From a virus (lineage: Duplodnaviria > Caudoviricetes), in the IMG/VR virus record IMGVR_UViG_3300037462_000153, positions 1 through 46,081 of that record: DNA of 46,081 nt; one strand, written 5' to 3'. Position 1 is the first letter of the stretch; the number at the start of each line of letters is the position of its first letter. This document shows positions 18,778 through 26,389 of the stretch, piece by piece. Position numbers and translations under genes: made by a program. A model generated the notes under the pieces. That model had not been told where the DNA came from. It was given only the letters and a program-made list of their open reading frames with translations, and did no database searches.

Positions 18778-18981
18778 ATGGTCGCTTTCGCATCGCGCAT
18801 TTTTATCGTTTGGTTTTCCGGTGTTCTTTTTTCGTCGGGCTGGCTGAATGAAGAACTCCAGCAAATGCTGCTCACGGATCCGGCGATTGCCGATGCGGTT
18901 CAGGTCGCACTATCCGCCGTCACCATGGGCCTTTGGGGCTTTGCCTGGAAGCTGGCCAAGCGTTGGGGTTGGGCCACATGA
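18778..18981 (+). CDS. Putative holin (2 TM)
   Basis: 67 aa, two hydrophobic segments, basic C-terminus, follows the endolysin; AGGAG RBS. Confidence 0.65.
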   Translation: MVAFASRIFIVWFSGVLFSSGWLNEELQQMLLTDPAIADAVQVALSAVTMGLWGFAWKLAKRWGWAT

Positions 18982-19205
18982 CCGTCACCGCCGTCCTTGC
19001 CGCTCTCGGGGCGGCCATCGCTGCCATGGTCGCGGCGTATTTCAAGGGCGCCAAGGCTGGCCGCAATTCTGAAATCGTGAAAAGGGCGCAAGCCGATGCG
19101 AACAAGCAAGCGCAATTCGACGCGATCGATAATCGCGCTCCTGACCTTGACGACGCTGTTGACCGCCTGCGCAAGCGCGCCGGCAACGGTAGCGCCCCGT
19201 CTTAG
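18978..19205 (+). CDS. Putative inner-membrane spanin (Rz-like)
   Basis: N-terminal TM then helical segment; ATGA coupling to the holin. Confidence 0.6.
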   Translation: MTVTAVLAALGAAIAAMVAAYFKGAKAGRNSEIVKRAQADANKQAQFDAIDNRAPDLDDAVDRLRKRAGNGSAPS

Positions 19206-19326
19206 CAATCCCCCGGCGTCGGTTGTCGATGCGCTTGAGCGCGTGGCACGGTCGGACCCTTCCGCGGCTTCATGGGTTATCGGGTTGAGCCGCTTTTATG
19301 AAAAGCAGGATATTACGGCGCGATGA
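19096..19326 (+). CDS. Putative outer-membrane lipoprotein spanin (Rz1-like), overlapped
   Basis: Signal peptide with lipobox LLTA-C; overlaps the i-spanin in the +1 frame. Confidence 0.65.
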   Translation: MRTSKRNSTRSIIALLTLTTLLTACASAPATVAPRLSNPPASVVDALERVARSDPSAASWVIGLSRFYEKQDITAR

Positions 19327-19748
19327 CGGGTGAAGACGTGAAACAGAATGCGCAACTGACGATCAACTGGCTGACGGCGAATGTGCCCACGATTGCGGCA
19401 ATCATCGGCGTGGGCCTGTATATCGGCACGTGGCAAACGTCCATTCAGGCAACATTGACCGGTCTGCAGGCCGACACGGTGGCGCTGAAAGCGCAGCTGC
19501 ACCAAATGCAAATAGTGCCCTACCGGGTCGACCAGGCCGAGGCGGCAATACGAGACGTCAATACGCGCGTCGACAATTTGTCCAACACTATTATCAATCA
19601 AATGGATTTGATCCGCCGTGATGTGAACCGACTGACCACAGAGGTGGAAGTGTTGAGCTCACGGGTTGGGATTCTGACAGGCGACGTTGAAGAGCCAAAG
19701 CAGCGGCGGTCGCGGCCGGGGCCGGAAGGCAATGAGCCCCAACCTTAA
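19323..19748 (+). CDS. Membrane-anchored coiled-coil protein
   Basis: TM segment IAAIIGVGLYIG then heptad pattern; ATGA coupling. Confidence 0.65.
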   Translation: MTGEDVKQNAQLTINWLTANVPTIAAIIGVGLYIGTWQTSIQATLTGLQADTVALKAQLHQMQIVPYRVDQAEAAIRDVNTRVDNLSNTIINQMDLIRRDVNRLTTEVEVLSSRVGILTGDVEEPKQRRSRPGPEGNEPQP

Positions 19749-20062
19749 CGGGCAAGCTTACGCGGCCACAGGCTGACGACACTGAGCAGCAAAGCCATCA
19801 CGCCCGCCGCCGGGTCCAGCGCGGTCATGCCAAGCCACAGCACGACGCAACCGAACAGCATGGCCGGTACGCGCAAACCCGTGCCCCAACGCCCGGCCTT
19901 GAGCAACCACCCGACCAGATAGAGCGCGCCAAGCATGGCGAGATAGACGGCCCAAAAGCCGACAACCGTGGAGACGAGCGGCGGGGCTACCGCCAGCAGC
20001 GTGCCGGACATGGCAACGGCGCCGATGACGTGCAGGGCGTATAGCTTGGTGCGCGTAGTCAT
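19745..20062 (-). CDS. Small multi-TM membrane protein
   Basis: About four hydrophobic segments; GGAG RBS; ATGA coupling. Confidence 0.6.
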   Translation of the reverse strand: MTTRTKLYALHVIGAVAMSGTLLAVAPPLVSTVVGFWAVYLAMLGALYLVGWLLKAGRWGTGLRVPAMLFGCVVLWLGMTALDPAAGVMALLLSVVSLWPRKLAR

Positions 20063-20271
20063 TGCTTTGGCTCCCAAGTTGCACAGTTGTCCATCTGATA
20101 CCCCGCCATTTGCGATACGAACATGTCGGCCGTCATTGCGTTTACCCAAGCCGGGTCGCCAGTTTCATAGCGTGGCGTCTTTGCCAACGTGATAGGGTGG
20201 CTACACGACACTGCGTCGCAGCGCTTAAGGTTCTGGTACGTGTTGTATTTGCAGGTGCGGCAGTCGCTCAT
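20059..20271 (-). CDS. Cys-rich hypothetical protein
   Basis: CRTC..C..C..C pattern; coupled on both sides. Confidence 0.55.
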   Translation of the reverse strand: MSDCRTCKYNTYQNLKRCDAVSCSHPITLAKTPRYETGDPAWVNAMTADMFVSQMAGYQMDNCATWEPKQ

Positions 20272-20570
20272 GCCGTCACCATATGAGCCGCCGCCTCGCG
20301 CCGCAGCGCTTCCGGGGCTTCCATCACAATGCTGTGCCGATCGGCCAACCCCTGCGCGATCAGCGCCAGGTTGCGGCGTTCAACGGCAGCGGTCAGCACG
20401 GCGCGTTTGAGCTCGCGCATGGTGCCGTACGCCGTGTTGATCGTGCCTACCGAGACGCCTGCAGCGGCCGCCACTTGTTCGCGCGTGATCCACTGGTAAC
20501 CGTCAGCCTCGGCGCATCCCATCGCCGCGTTGAGGATGCGGCTATCCCTGTCTTCAATGACCTTGACCAT
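20268..20570 (-). CDS. TetR-type HTH transcriptional regulator (short)
   Basis: RILNAA...GYQWITREQVAAAAGVSVGTINTAYGTMREL; AAAGGAGG RBS. Confidence 0.8.
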   Translation of the reverse strand: MVKVIEDRDSRILNAAMGCAEADGYQWITREQVAAAAGVSVGTINTAYGTMRELKRAVLTAAVERRNLALIAQGLADRHSIVMEAPEALRREAAAHMVTA

Positions 20571-20593
20571 ATCGGCCCTCCTTTGGTGGTGGC

Positions 20594-20623
20594 ACTATAG
20601 GGGTTAACTGACGGGGGCGTCAA
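20594..20623 (-). promoter_or_regulatory. Palindrome variant CTGAC-N6-GTCAA / promoter of the TetR-like gene
   Basis: TTGACG-18-TATAGT on the minus strand. Confidence 0.65.
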
Positions 20624-21758
20624 GTAGGTCACCCAACGCGGCCCTTAGGAACTCTTCCGCCGCTTGGGCAACGATTGCATTGCCGTAACCGCGCAGTCGT
20701 CCCACACGGGCGGCAGCCCCATTAACCAGCGGGAATGTCCCGGGCATAACTGGCCGCCACTTTCCATCCCGGCAGAAGAGCCAATCAGCATCTCGCCAGT
20801 GGCCGTTAGTCGGGCCGGTTCCTTGCCAGTCAACAGCGCCGCACACTCCAAACTCACTTGCTTGCCGTTCGCTACTCGGCGTTCCGCCGCTTCCGTTGTG
20901 GAGTACCGCCATTTCGCATCCTCCGCTCCCGTTGTCGGCCACCCCGCCAAGTTGGCCTGTCTCGGCAACTGGTCGAACCTCTCCGATCCATCCGCCCTCG
21001 GCTTGATGTCCGCCCCGCTGTCCTTCCAGTCCCGTGTGGTGGTGGTGGTCCAGCCCGCCAGTGCCGCATCCGCCGGTAACGCCCCGCCCGCTTGGTTCGG
21101 GCCGCCATTGCTGCCGTCCGTCGCTCGGGGTGTGTTCCATGTGGCTAACTGCACATGGTCGTTCAAATTCTGCATCCCGTGGCCCTGCGCTTTCTTGGCC
21201 GCTATGTATTCCGGGGAGTGCGCCGGGAAATGGTCCCGGGCTTGCGGCGTCGGCCAACCGGATGGCAACCCACCAGAGCCTTTGTCTGATATGGGGCGCG
21301 CCGACGCCCGCAGCGCATAGATCGACCGCCGCGACGGCATAGCCCGAAGCTTCCAAGTCAGTTTGTACAACTTCGAACCAAGCAAGGCCGTCCTTGCTTG
21401 CAACCTGCTCACCAACGATGACGTCAGGCCGACACTGTTGGATAAGGTGGAGGCCGAGGGGCCACAAATGCCGCTCGTCAGCAAACCCAAGTCCCTTGCC
21501 TGCCGCGCTGAAAGGTTGGCAGGGGAAAGACGCGCTCCAAATTCGGCGATCGTCAGACCACCCAATATTTCGTAGCGCGTAGCTCCAGACGCCAATCCCG
21601 GCGCACAGGTGGACTTGTGTATATCGTGCAACGTCATGGGGTAGCAGATCCTCTAGGGGTGTTTCGGTAACGTCGCCGGGCGCGATCTGGCCAGCTTTGA
21701 TAAGCTCGCGCAGCCACGCCGCAGCAAACGGGTCAATCTCGCAATAGAGGGCTGTCAC
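20604..21758 (-). CDS. C5-cytosine DNA methyltransferase, catalytic (alpha) polypeptide
   Basis: HLCAGIG (I), FPCQPFS (IV), GEQV (VI), PHIRQRLW (VIII), RLRGYGNAIV (X); motif IX absent in this frame. Confidence 0.88.
   Translation of the reverse strand: MTALYCEIDPFAAAWLRELIKAGQIAPGDVTETPLEDLLPHDVARYTQVHLCAGIGVWSYALRNIGWSDDRRIWSASFPCQPFSAAGKGLGFADERHLWPLGLHLIQQCRPDVIVGEQVASKDGLAWFEVVQTDLEASGYAVAAVDLCAAGVGAPHIRQRLWWVAIRLADAASPGPFPGALPGIHSGQESAGPRDAEFERPCAVSHMEHTPSDGRQQWRPEPSGRGVTGGCGTGGLDHHHHTGLEGQRGGHQAEGGWIGEVRPVAETGQLGGVADNGSGGCEMAVLHNGSGGTPSSERQASEFGVCGAVDWQGTGPTNGHWRDADWLFCRDGKWRPVMPGTFPLVNGAAARVGRLRGYGNAIVAQAAEEFLRAALGDLLDAPVS
20645..21637 (-). CDS. Alternative-frame (beta) polypeptide of the C5-MTase with TRD-like repeats and motif IX
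   Basis: Nested 330-codon frame; W-x-T repeats; GQLCPGHSRWLMGLP; probable TTG start near 21484 behind AAGGGA. Confidence 0.7.
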   Translation of the reverse strand: MTLHDIHKSTCAPGLASGATRYEILGGLTIAEFGARLSPANLSARQARDLGLLTSGICGPSASTLSNSVGLTSSLVSRLQARTALLGSKLYKLTWKLRAMPSRRSIYALRASARPISDKGSGGLPSGWPTPQARDHFPAHSPEYIAAKKAQGHGMQNLNDHVQLATWNTPRATDGSNGGPNQAGGALPADAALAGWTTTTTRDWKDSGADIKPRADGSERFDQLPRQANLAGWPTTGAEDAKWRYSTTEAAERRVANGKQVSLECAALLTGKEPARLTATGEMLIGSSAGMESGGQLCPGHSRWLMGLPPVWDDCAVTAMQSLPKRRKSS

Positions 21759-21770
21759 GGCGCCACCCCC

Positions 21771-22004
21771 TCACGCTGCGTACGGCGAGTAAACCGGCTC
21801 TTCGCCGGGCGTCCACACGAGCGACGCCCAAACCTTGCCGTTGTATGAAATGCGGAACTGTTCGCCGGTTTCCGACGTAACGACGGCATCCGGGAAAGAG
21901 CGCATGCCACGACCCGACTTGTCGCGGGCGGCGCTGAACTTTGCAGAAGCCTCAGCAAGCGTTGCGGCGGCGTGGGTCTTCTTAAGAACGGTGAAAGTGA
22001 ACAT
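21771..22004 (-). CDS. Hypothetical protein, first gene of a cassette
   Basis: AAAGGAG RBS, ATG 22004; RISYNGKVW motif. Confidence 0.65.
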   Translation of the reverse strand: MFTFTVLKKTHAAATLAEASAKFSAARDKSGRGMRSFPDAVVTSETGEQFRISYNGKVWASLVWTPGEEPVYSPYAA

Positions 22005-22039
22005 GACGTGCTCCTTTGTTGATGACCCTTTATCGCACG

Positions 22040-22059
22040 ATTTGACGGTGCCGTCAAAT
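22040..22059 (-). promoter_or_regulatory. Extended palindrome ATTTGACGG-TG-CCGTCAAAT
   Basis: Perfect 9-bp arms overlapping the nuclease stop codon. Confidence 0.7.
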
Positions 22060-22548
22060 AGAAAATGAACCCGGCCCCGTAACAAACCGAGCATCTCCGC
22101 CGTACCGTATGACCAACGCTGCCCAAGCCATCTGTGCTTGCTCGTGCGCGTCGCCCTTGTAGGTCCAGCCGGGCCGCTTGCATTCCCGCGATACGATCCG
22201 ACCACGCGGGCGGCCCACTTCCCACGGTTCGATCGGTCGTCCGTCAATGCCGATCAGGTCGGCGGATTTCACGGCTTTGTTACGTGCCGCATTCTCATTG
22301 CACAGGCCAAAGCGCACCGGCACGCCGCGCTTGTCGACCAAGGCCCCAACGTTGTTGCGCGTGATGAACACGCCGAACTTGGGCGCTTCCAGCACAACGG
22401 TCGATTGGGTCCAGACTTCTGTGCTGGTATTGGCGGGTGCGGCGGGCTCGGGAGGTTGATCCGCCGCACCCATTGCCCCGAGGAGGTCCGCCAGGCACGG
22501 CGCGGGTATGCCCCAACGCTTTGCCCATTCATGCAGTGCTATGGTCAT
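22054..22548 (-). CDS. VRR-NUC-like PD-(D/E)xK nuclease / resolvase
   Basis: RNNVGAL..VRFGL, KSADLIG, ECKRPGW and EQAQMAW motifs. Confidence 0.75.
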   Translation of the reverse strand: MTIALHEWAKRWGIPAPCLADLLGAMGAADQPPEPAAPANTSTEVWTQSTVVLEAPKFGVFITRNNVGALVDKRGVPVRFGLCNENAARNKAVKSADLIGIDGRPIEPWEVGRPRGRIVSRECKRPGWTYKGDAHEQAQMAWAALVIRYGGDARFVTGPGSFSI

Positions 22549-22898
22549 GACAGCAAACCCTCAATTATCGCAACGGCTGCGCGGCAAGCGTCGGCCCGAT
22601 CGACGACGCGGCGCGCTCGGTCGGCCTGCCATTCCTTGCGGATCCGGTACGAGTTGAGGGCAAGCGCTTTCGTGGGGTAGGCCCAACGACGCCGCGCGTT
22701 TTTCAGCACGCGTTTGCGCTCGACCCAATCGTAATTTGGCTGCAGGTCTTTGCCCACGTGAGCGCGCCGGGCGAGCAAAACCGTCTTGGGCGTCTCGTCA
22801 ATAACCACGAGCTCGACAAGAACGATTTTGCGGTCGGGGCCGCGCCAGCTGTCCCAATGCTCGAGGTCGATGTACCTGTACCAGATATCACCAATCAT
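22545..22898 (-). CDS. Hypothetical protein
   Basis: Coupled ORF; AAGGAGG RBS. Confidence 0.6.
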   Translation of the reverse strand: MIGDIWYRYIDLEHWDSWRGPDRKIVLVELVVIDETPKTVLLARRAHVGKDLQPNYDWVERKRVLKNARRRWAYPTKALALNSYRIRKEWQADRARRVVDRADACRAAVAIIEGLLS

Positions 22899-23383
22899 TG
22901 CCGCCCCTCCTTAAGCCTAGCCTCAACCCGTTCAATTGTGACGGTCAGCCTGTTCAGGTTCCACCGTGTCGGGTGCTGCGTTCCCTGCCGGAAGTCGTCG
23001 ACCATGCGCAACGCCGCGCGCAGATCCTCCAGGCATAGGGCCATGTCGTCCGTCGCCTCACGCAGCGCCGCAGCCGTAGCGTCATCAGCGGACGCCCCGC
23101 GCACATAGTCGGCCAGCCGACGGCGCGCGTCGGTCACGGCCATGCGTTCCCATGGGCGCCCCTCAATGACCGCCATCGCCTCGCATGGCGTGAGGCCCCC
23201 GCGCTCGGCCAGCGCGTCCAGCCCCCGGCGGTGGTTGCGCAACGCCTGAACTTCGTGCGGCTTGATGACGTCCCACGGAATGCCGGTAATCACATCGTCA
23301 AGGCGGATCGGGAATTCACGCATGGCCACGGTGAAGCCTTCGCCAAACTCCCCATCCTCGCGCATGTTTATGTACGTGGTCAT
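22895..23383 (-). CDS. Hypothetical protein
   Basis: IPWDVIKPHEVQALRNH..LAERGGL; ATG 23383. Confidence 0.6.
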   Translation of the reverse strand: MTTYINMREDGEFGEGFTVAMREFPIRLDDVITGIPWDVIKPHEVQALRNHRRGLDALAERGGLTPCEAMAVIEGRPWERMAVTDARRRLADYVRGASADDATAAALREATDDMALCLEDLRAALRMVDDFRQGTQHPTRWNLNRLTVTIERVEARLKEGRQ

Positions 23384-23616
23384 GGCTTTGCGATCTCCCC
23401 GGATGCGAGCGGTTTGGTCGGTGCGTATGGGTGGGCCGGTATCTCCAGCCACGCCACCGGCCAATCGGTCGACGCGAGACCAGACCAGCGCCCGGCGGGA
23501 TGATGCTTGTTCGCGGCCACATACCGGCTGATAAGCACCTCGCCGCGCAGCGTGCCGACGAGCACGTGGCTGCCGTCGAGCGGCAACTGGTCGATGTCAG
23601 TGCGCAGCGTTACCAT
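23380..23616 (-). CDS. DUF551-like small protein
   Basis: LPLDGSHVLV...PVAWLEIPAHP pattern. Confidence 0.5.
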   Translation of the reverse strand: MVTLRTDIDQLPLDGSHVLVGTLRGEVLISRYVAANKHHPAGRWSGLASTDWPVAWLEIPAHPYAPTKPLASGEIAKP

Positions 23617-23720
23617 GCCCGCACCAGCAGCGCGCCGCATACCGCGACGGCCCCCAAGAACTCGACAACGCGGGCGAAGACGCCCCATGCGCGCAGGTAT
23701 TCAAGGGTTATAGGGGTCAT
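23610..23720 (-). CDS. 36-aa hydrophobic peptide (not in ORF track)
   Basis: MTPITLEYLRAWGVFARVVEFLGAVAVCGALLVRAW; fills the gap with overlaps at both ends. Confidence 0.45.
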   Translation of the reverse strand: MTPITLEYLRAWGVFARVVEFLGAVAVCGALLVRAW

Positions 23721-24046
23721 CGTCCGTACCTTTCCATAACTTGAGTGACGTACTCGGGCGTAAGGAACCCGCCCGACTTGGCGCGTGCCAAGAGCTCAAC
23801 GATCGCCCGGGACTGCACGGCCGCCGCAGCGTCGCGCACGGTCTGCATCTCGCCGACAATCACTTGCCGACCGTCGCGAATAACGATCAGCTGCGACATG
23901 TGGTAAGCGTTGAGCCGCCACGGCTCGCCCGGCAATGTGATGGCAGGCGGCTGGTTTTCAAACGGCACCATGCGGATATCGTCCAGCCGGTGCTTGGGCT
24001 GCGGGCCGCGCGGTCGGTTCGGTGGGAATGCGATAAGGTCGCCCAT
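23717..24046 (-). CDS. Hypothetical protein
   Basis: GGAGG RBS; TAATG coupling. Confidence 0.55.
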   Translation of the reverse strand: MGDLIAFPPNRPRGPQPKHRLDDIRMVPFENQPPAITLPGEPWRLNAYHMSQLIVIRDGRQVIVGEMQTVRDAAAAVQSRAIVELLARAKSGGFLTPEYVTQVMERYGR

Positions 24047-24150
24047 TACACGCGGTCCTCCATTGCATAGCGGTGTTCAAGCTCGGTCAGGGCGTAGGTG
24101 CCGAGAATGCCGAGCGTGAGTGTCAGGGTGATCAGAACGGCGCGGGTCAT
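24046..24150 (-). CDS. 34-aa single-TM peptide (not in ORF track)
   Basis: MTRAVLITLTLTLGILGTYALTELEHRYAMEDRV; coupled at both ends. Confidence 0.5.
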   Translation of the reverse strand: MTRAVLITLTLTLGILGTYALTELEHRYAMEDRV

Positions 24151-24341
24151 TCGACACCTTCAAACACGAACGTCAGCCCGAGCTCGGTGATGCGAATTTG
24201 AGAAATGCGCTCGCCCGGCTTGAATTCCCCGCTATCCGATAGGACCCCCAACAGTCGATTGAACGAGATAAACCCGCACGATCCATATTCCTGACGGTCT
24301 GTGATCTTTCCGGTTCTTACGTCGTAGAGAATTTTTTGCAT
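24147..24341 (-). CDS. Hypothetical protein, first gene of a cassette
   Basis: AGAGGTTGGCGAG leader. Confidence 0.55.
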   Translation of the reverse strand: MQKILYDVRTGKITDRQEYGSCGFISFNRLLGVLSDSGEFKPGERISQIRITELGLTFVFEGVE

Positions 24342-24376
24342 AACTCGCCAACCTCTTGTGCGTTGTTGATGTGAGC

Positions 24377-24407
24377 ACCCTACAATGATTTGACGGCCCC
24401 GTCAAAT
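24377..24407 (-). promoter_or_regulatory. Palindrome ATTTGACGG-CC-CCGTCAAAT / promoter
   Basis: TTGACG-17-TAGGGT, embedded in the helicase 3' end. Confidence 0.7.
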
Positions 24408-26134
24408 AAAATCCGCTCAATGAGTTGCCCCGCCTCGGTCGGTCCGTACGACAGCGGCGTGAGCACATCGACCCCGAACCGCTCAAAGAACAATCGCTGT
24501 ATCTCCCGGTCGCTCAGTCCGGCCGCTTTAGCATACCCGCCCCAATCCGCCATGACCACACGCAACGCCTCTTGCGCCTGCACCTTGACCGCATGGCTCT
24601 TGGCGTTTTTCCATATGTATTGTTGTGGCAGACCGGACGCCGCAAGCTTTGCCCGGTAGTCGTCCAGGCTCATGACCGCCGCGTCCGCCTGACCGCGCAA
24701 CGCAGCCAACACTTCCGGGTCCAGCATGACCATATCGCCTGCAACCTGGTCGGGGCTTGACCGGCCGGCCGGCGGTGGCGGTTCCCAACCGCAATACGGG
24801 CAGCATGGGCGGAAGCGTTCGAACGCCTGCAGGCACGTCGGCTCGCAACAATAGCGCGTCGCAACTGCATCGGACGGCCCACGCTTGCGGGCGGTCGACA
24901 CAAGCGACCATTGGCGCGGGCGATCGGGCGGCCCGTGGCGGGTGAAGTTGCCGACGTGGTCAATGATATAGGCCAGCGGCTTGGGGCTGGCGGCAATGGC
25001 GGCTAGCCGCTCTTCGCGCGTGCGGGCGGCTTTATATTGCGGCGTCATGAGCGGGCGCAACACGCGGCCAAACTGCTGCATGTAGACGGCGAGCGACATG
25101 GTGGCCCGGCAGAAGATACCAAGCTCAAGGGCGGGAATGTCCGTCCCCTCGCTCACGATATCCACAGCCACGACAAGCTCCAGCGTGCGCGCCTCCAGGG
25201 CGGCGAACGTGTTGCGCCGCACGGTCGGGTCGGTTTCACCCGTGACGAGCTCGGCCCGTACGCCGCGTGCTCGCAACTCGCGCAGAAAGTCGCCGGCCAT
25301 GTCGACGTCGGGGGCGAACAGAATGCCCGTGCGTCCGTTGGGCGCTGGTGGAACGCCCCGGATCGTTCCGGCGTTCAGGGCGGCGTATGTGGCGGCGGCA
25401 TCGCCCACGATCGGCGTGCGCTCGGTCGCGGCCCGCAGCTGCGCGGTCGACCAGTCGCCGGACGCGCCCACCTCGCCGAGCAATTCCTCAACGTGGCTAT
25501 TGGCGCCGATCACCCGGTAATCGCACAGATACCCCTCGTCGATCAGCCAACGCGGCTCGGGGCCGATCGTCAGAGCATCGGCCACGCCATTGCCGCCGAG
25601 CTCGGGGCGGCCCAAGCCTTGACCGTCGGCGCGCAGGATGGTGGCCGAGGGCTGCAACCCGCGCACGTTGGGGTTGGTAAAGCGTTTGATCGCCTTGTCC
25701 CACTTGTTATCCAGCACCAGGTGGTGCCCTTCGTCAGTTACCCACAACGTGACTTGTGCGGCCCACGCGTCCAGATCCTTGCGGCGTATCAAGGTGTCCA
25801 CGCTGGCGACCGCGCACGGTGCGCCGGGGTCGAAAAAGCACTTGCCGAGCGCTTTGATGTGCAGCGCCGCAATCGCGTCCTTGTCTCGCTTTGATGCGAT
25901 CAGGTTATGACGTACGCCGCATTCCGCCAGTGCAAGCGACAACTGCGCGACAATTTCGGAACGGTGCGCAATGACGCAGGACGCGCCGCGGTGCGCCTCG
26001 ACGATCGCTGATAGGATCCGGGTTTTGCCCCCGCCGGTCGGCAGGACCATGACGACATTGCGATGGCCTTGCGCCCATAGGCTTGCGACGCTGGCGGATA
26101 GTTCAAGTTGGTATGGTCTGAGGTGAACGGTCAT
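24380..26134 (-). CDS. SF2 (DEAD/DExH-like) helicase with C-terminal zinc finger
   Basis: LRPYQ, LPTGGGKT, DEGHH, SAT, EGTDIP and QQFGRVLR motifs; CEPTC and CPYC. Confidence 0.92.
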   Translation of the reverse strand: MTVHLRPYQLELSASVASLWAQGHRNVVMVLPTGGGKTRILSAIVEAHRGASCVIAHRSEIVAQLSLALAECGVRHNLIASKRDKDAIAALHIKALGKCFFDPGAPCAVASVDTLIRRKDLDAWAAQVTLWVTDEGHHLVLDNKWDKAIKRFTNPNVRGLQPSATILRADGQGLGRPELGGNGVADALTIGPEPRWLIDEGYLCDYRVIGANSHVEELLGEVGASGDWSTAQLRAATERTPIVGDAAATYAALNAGTIRGVPPAPNGRTGILFAPDVDMAGDFLRELRARGVRAELVTGETDPTVRRNTFAALEARTLELVVAVDIVSEGTDIPALELGIFCRATMSLAVYMQQFGRVLRPLMTPQYKAARTREERLAAIAASPKPLAYIIDHVGNFTRHGPPDRPRQWSLVSTARKRGPSDAVATRYCCEPTCLQAFERFRPCCPYCGWEPPPPAGRSSPDQVAGDMVMLDPEVLAALRGQADAAVMSLDDYRAKLAASGLPQQYIWKNAKSHAVKVQAQEALRVVMADWGGYAKAAGLSDREIQRLFFERFGVDVLTPLSYGPTEAGQLIERILFDGAVKSL

Positions 26135-26310
26135 TCGACACCGTCAAGGCCGATTGTTTGAACGCCGAGCATCGCAGAAAACCTCAGCACCCCCACAGGT
26201 AACGCGTCGTTTGTTTTGGGTTGTAATGCTATTTCGCGTCCGTTGGTCTCCCGTCGGATTTCGTAGTGCTCAAAAACCGCACGCCAGTTTTTCTCATAGA
26301 TATGTTGCAT
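26131..26310 (-). CDS. Hypothetical protein coupled to the helicase
   Basis: TTGGAGGTTGGCGAA-ATG leader; ends TIGLDGVE. Confidence 0.6.
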   Translation of the reverse strand: MQHIYEKNWRAVFEHYEIRRETNGREIALQPKTNDALPVGVLRFSAMLGVQTIGLDGVE

Positions 26311-26333
26311 TTCGCCAACCTCCAAAATTCTAT

Positions 26334-26362
26334 TTGACGCCCCCGTCATATCGCGGTATCAA
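26334..26362 (+). promoter_or_regulatory. Palindrome variant TTGAC-N6-GTCAT in the divergent promoter region
   Basis: TTGACG-17-TATCAA, pointing toward the replication genes. Confidence 0.6.
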
Positions 26363-26389
26363 TCGGCGGTCAACACCAACAGGAGCACA

